This document shows, piece by piece, positions 62,197-64,000 of a stretch of DNA of 64,000 nt. The position numbers and the translations under genes are program-made. Under the pieces are notes generated by a model. It was given only the letters and a program-made list of their open reading frames with translations, was not told the origin of the DNA and made no database searches. Origin of the DNA: Azolla caroliniana (taxonomy: Eukaryota > Plantae > Polypodiophyta); contig JBHGNT010000011.1 in NCBI GenBank assembly GCA_043228905.1, positions 4,526,001-4,590,000 of the forward strand, read 5' to 3'. Each line of letters opens with the position of its first letter. Within the stretch, counting starts at the first letter, position 1.

Positions 62197-63265
62197 TCAA
62201 AAGCTGCCATTGTAGCCTTCATCATCCAGCCTTCCAGTCGATGTTAGATTTAATCTGATATCGACGACATATCGAACTTCCCTCATAGTCAGTCGACAAC
62301 ATGTTGACGTCATCAAGCTTACACTTTCAATGCCGGTTGTTTTGCACTCACCATTATCTCCCATCTTTACATAGCCATGATCATTGGCTATGTAAGTCGA
62401 GAAACACTCTCTCAACAAAGTTATCTGGAAAGATGCACCCGAGTCGATTACCCAGGTACACTCTTCACTTGCAAGATTTGTGGTTGCCTGCTCACAGATG
62501 AACAAGATCGCCTCTACACTCATAGTTATGGCTGATGTTCCCTCTTCATTACGAATCTTCCTGGGTTCGACACTCTTGTCCTTCTTGAGGTGTCGGCACT
62601 CCTTCTAGAAGTGTCCATGATTTCCACAATAAAAGCATATCAATTTGCCTATGGACTTGGACTTGGATCCAGGCTTCTTTGTGGAATTCTTTGCCGGTTT
62701 CTTCCTTTGCCGGTTTGTTGAGTGAGGTTTGACTCCGACTGAGACATGACACCCTTGTCCTTTCTACTCATCTCCTCATTCAAGATGTTTTTCTTTACCG
62801 CTTGTAGAGACAAGTTCTCTTCTTGACATGAAATATTGAGAGTCACCACCAGATTCTCCCAGTTGTCCAGTAGGGTACATAGTAGTAGAATGGCATGCAT
62901 TACATCCCCAAGGGGAAACTTGGTTGCCGCAAGTTGGTTCACATACCCCATGAATGTGCTTATGTGCTCCACTATACTTTCTTCATCCCTGTACTTCAAC
63001 CTCACAATCTCTCTCATGAAAGATGTTTTGTTGAGGGCGTTCTTCCTCTCATATAGACCTAACAGCTTAAGCCACATCTCGTAGGCATTTGTGTCATTCA
63101 CCACATGCTGAAGGATAGTTACATCGACACATTGTCTAATGGTTGCCACTGCCTTTCTATTCAGAGGTATCCATTCAGACTATAATACCCCCGTGGGTAT
63201 TTCTGCTCTATCGATGGGCTCATAGAGGTCTTTAACTATGCAAAGGTCTTCCATCTTTAAGGACT
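62197..63265 (-). mobile_element. Decayed copia gag-protease fragment 'L'
   Basis: AYEMWLKLLGLYERKNALNK gag and WVIDSGASFQIT protease. Confidence 0.85.
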
Positions 63266-64000
63266 TGTATAAAAGTGCTCACTGAGCATATTGTATGTAT
63301 AAAGTATGGTTATTATTTTGAATTCAGTTTTCATCGTTTGCTCTCCCTCTCACTGAGTAGTATCTTTGTGGCTTCTGACGTTCTATTTTCTGTTCTCCGA
63401 TGGAGCTAGTAGTATCCGTGTCTATTCTATTTAGCTTCTACGTGTTAATTTTTACACCCCCCCGTAAACCTAGATTACAATTTTAATCTAGTGGTACAAT
63501 TGTATAATTACAAGTCAGTTGGCATATGACCAGATCGGTAGAGGTAAGGTCGGGATCGAGCCTCATTCTGCTAATTATTTGGATTCTATGTTGTCCGGGT
63601 CGGTTGTATTGACTGATTCGGATCAAATTTCGTCCAAATCGGCTCATTCTTTTAGATCGGCTCGTGTTCGAATCCGACTCTCGGTCTTTCGATTCTCGGT
63701 AATTAGCCCTTTTCGACTCTTCTGATCACATCGTTCTTCAATTTACCTTCTGCTACTCTTTGTTCGACTCTCTTATGCTCGATTGCTTGTCGTAGTCCCG
63801 TCATTGTCCTCAATGCTCCGAAGCATTGTTCTGGGAGTGGCTTCGTCAGGAAATCGGCGATGTTCACCTCAGTGTCAATCTTCCGGACTTTGACCTTCTT
63901 GTCTATTAGGAGCTCCAGGATATGATGAAATTGTACCTCAATGTGTTTCTTCTTCGTATGATAGATTGGATTTCGAATGAGGTGTACTGTGCTCTGAGAG
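63266..64000 (-). mobile_element. 3' end of copia 'M' (RNase H tail, PPT, short LTR ~63266-63456) inserted in the gag of L
   Basis: NPIYHTKKKHIEVQFH..NIADFLTKPL; G-run PPT followed by TGTAAAAA. Confidence 0.75.

Overview
Plant nuclear DNA; the style of the PLS-type PPR repeats and retroelements suggests a fern or other non-seed plant (inference). Most of the window is nested, decayed LTR retrotransposons (Ty1/copia, Ty3/gypsy including a chromovirus, and a gag-only element with a tRNA-Trp primer site) plus a LINE fragment. There is one apparently intact gene, an organelle-targeted phosphoribosylamine-glycine ligase (GARS/PurD; 4 exons, 19828-30716, 528 aa). It sits at the centre of a ~5 kb inverted segmental duplication (12144-17230 vs 30445-35207) carrying two PPR pseudogenes and a copy of the GARS 3' end. 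A PAP2/LPP-epsilon-like pseudogene and a 115-bp dimeric tandem array lie upstream of GARS. The most unusual feature is an intron-containing, bacterial-type beta-class N4-cytosine/N6-adenine DNA methyltransferase-like gene (minus strand, 48433-49498) inside a retroelement nest. All alignments and coordinates were done by eye; no database searches were run.
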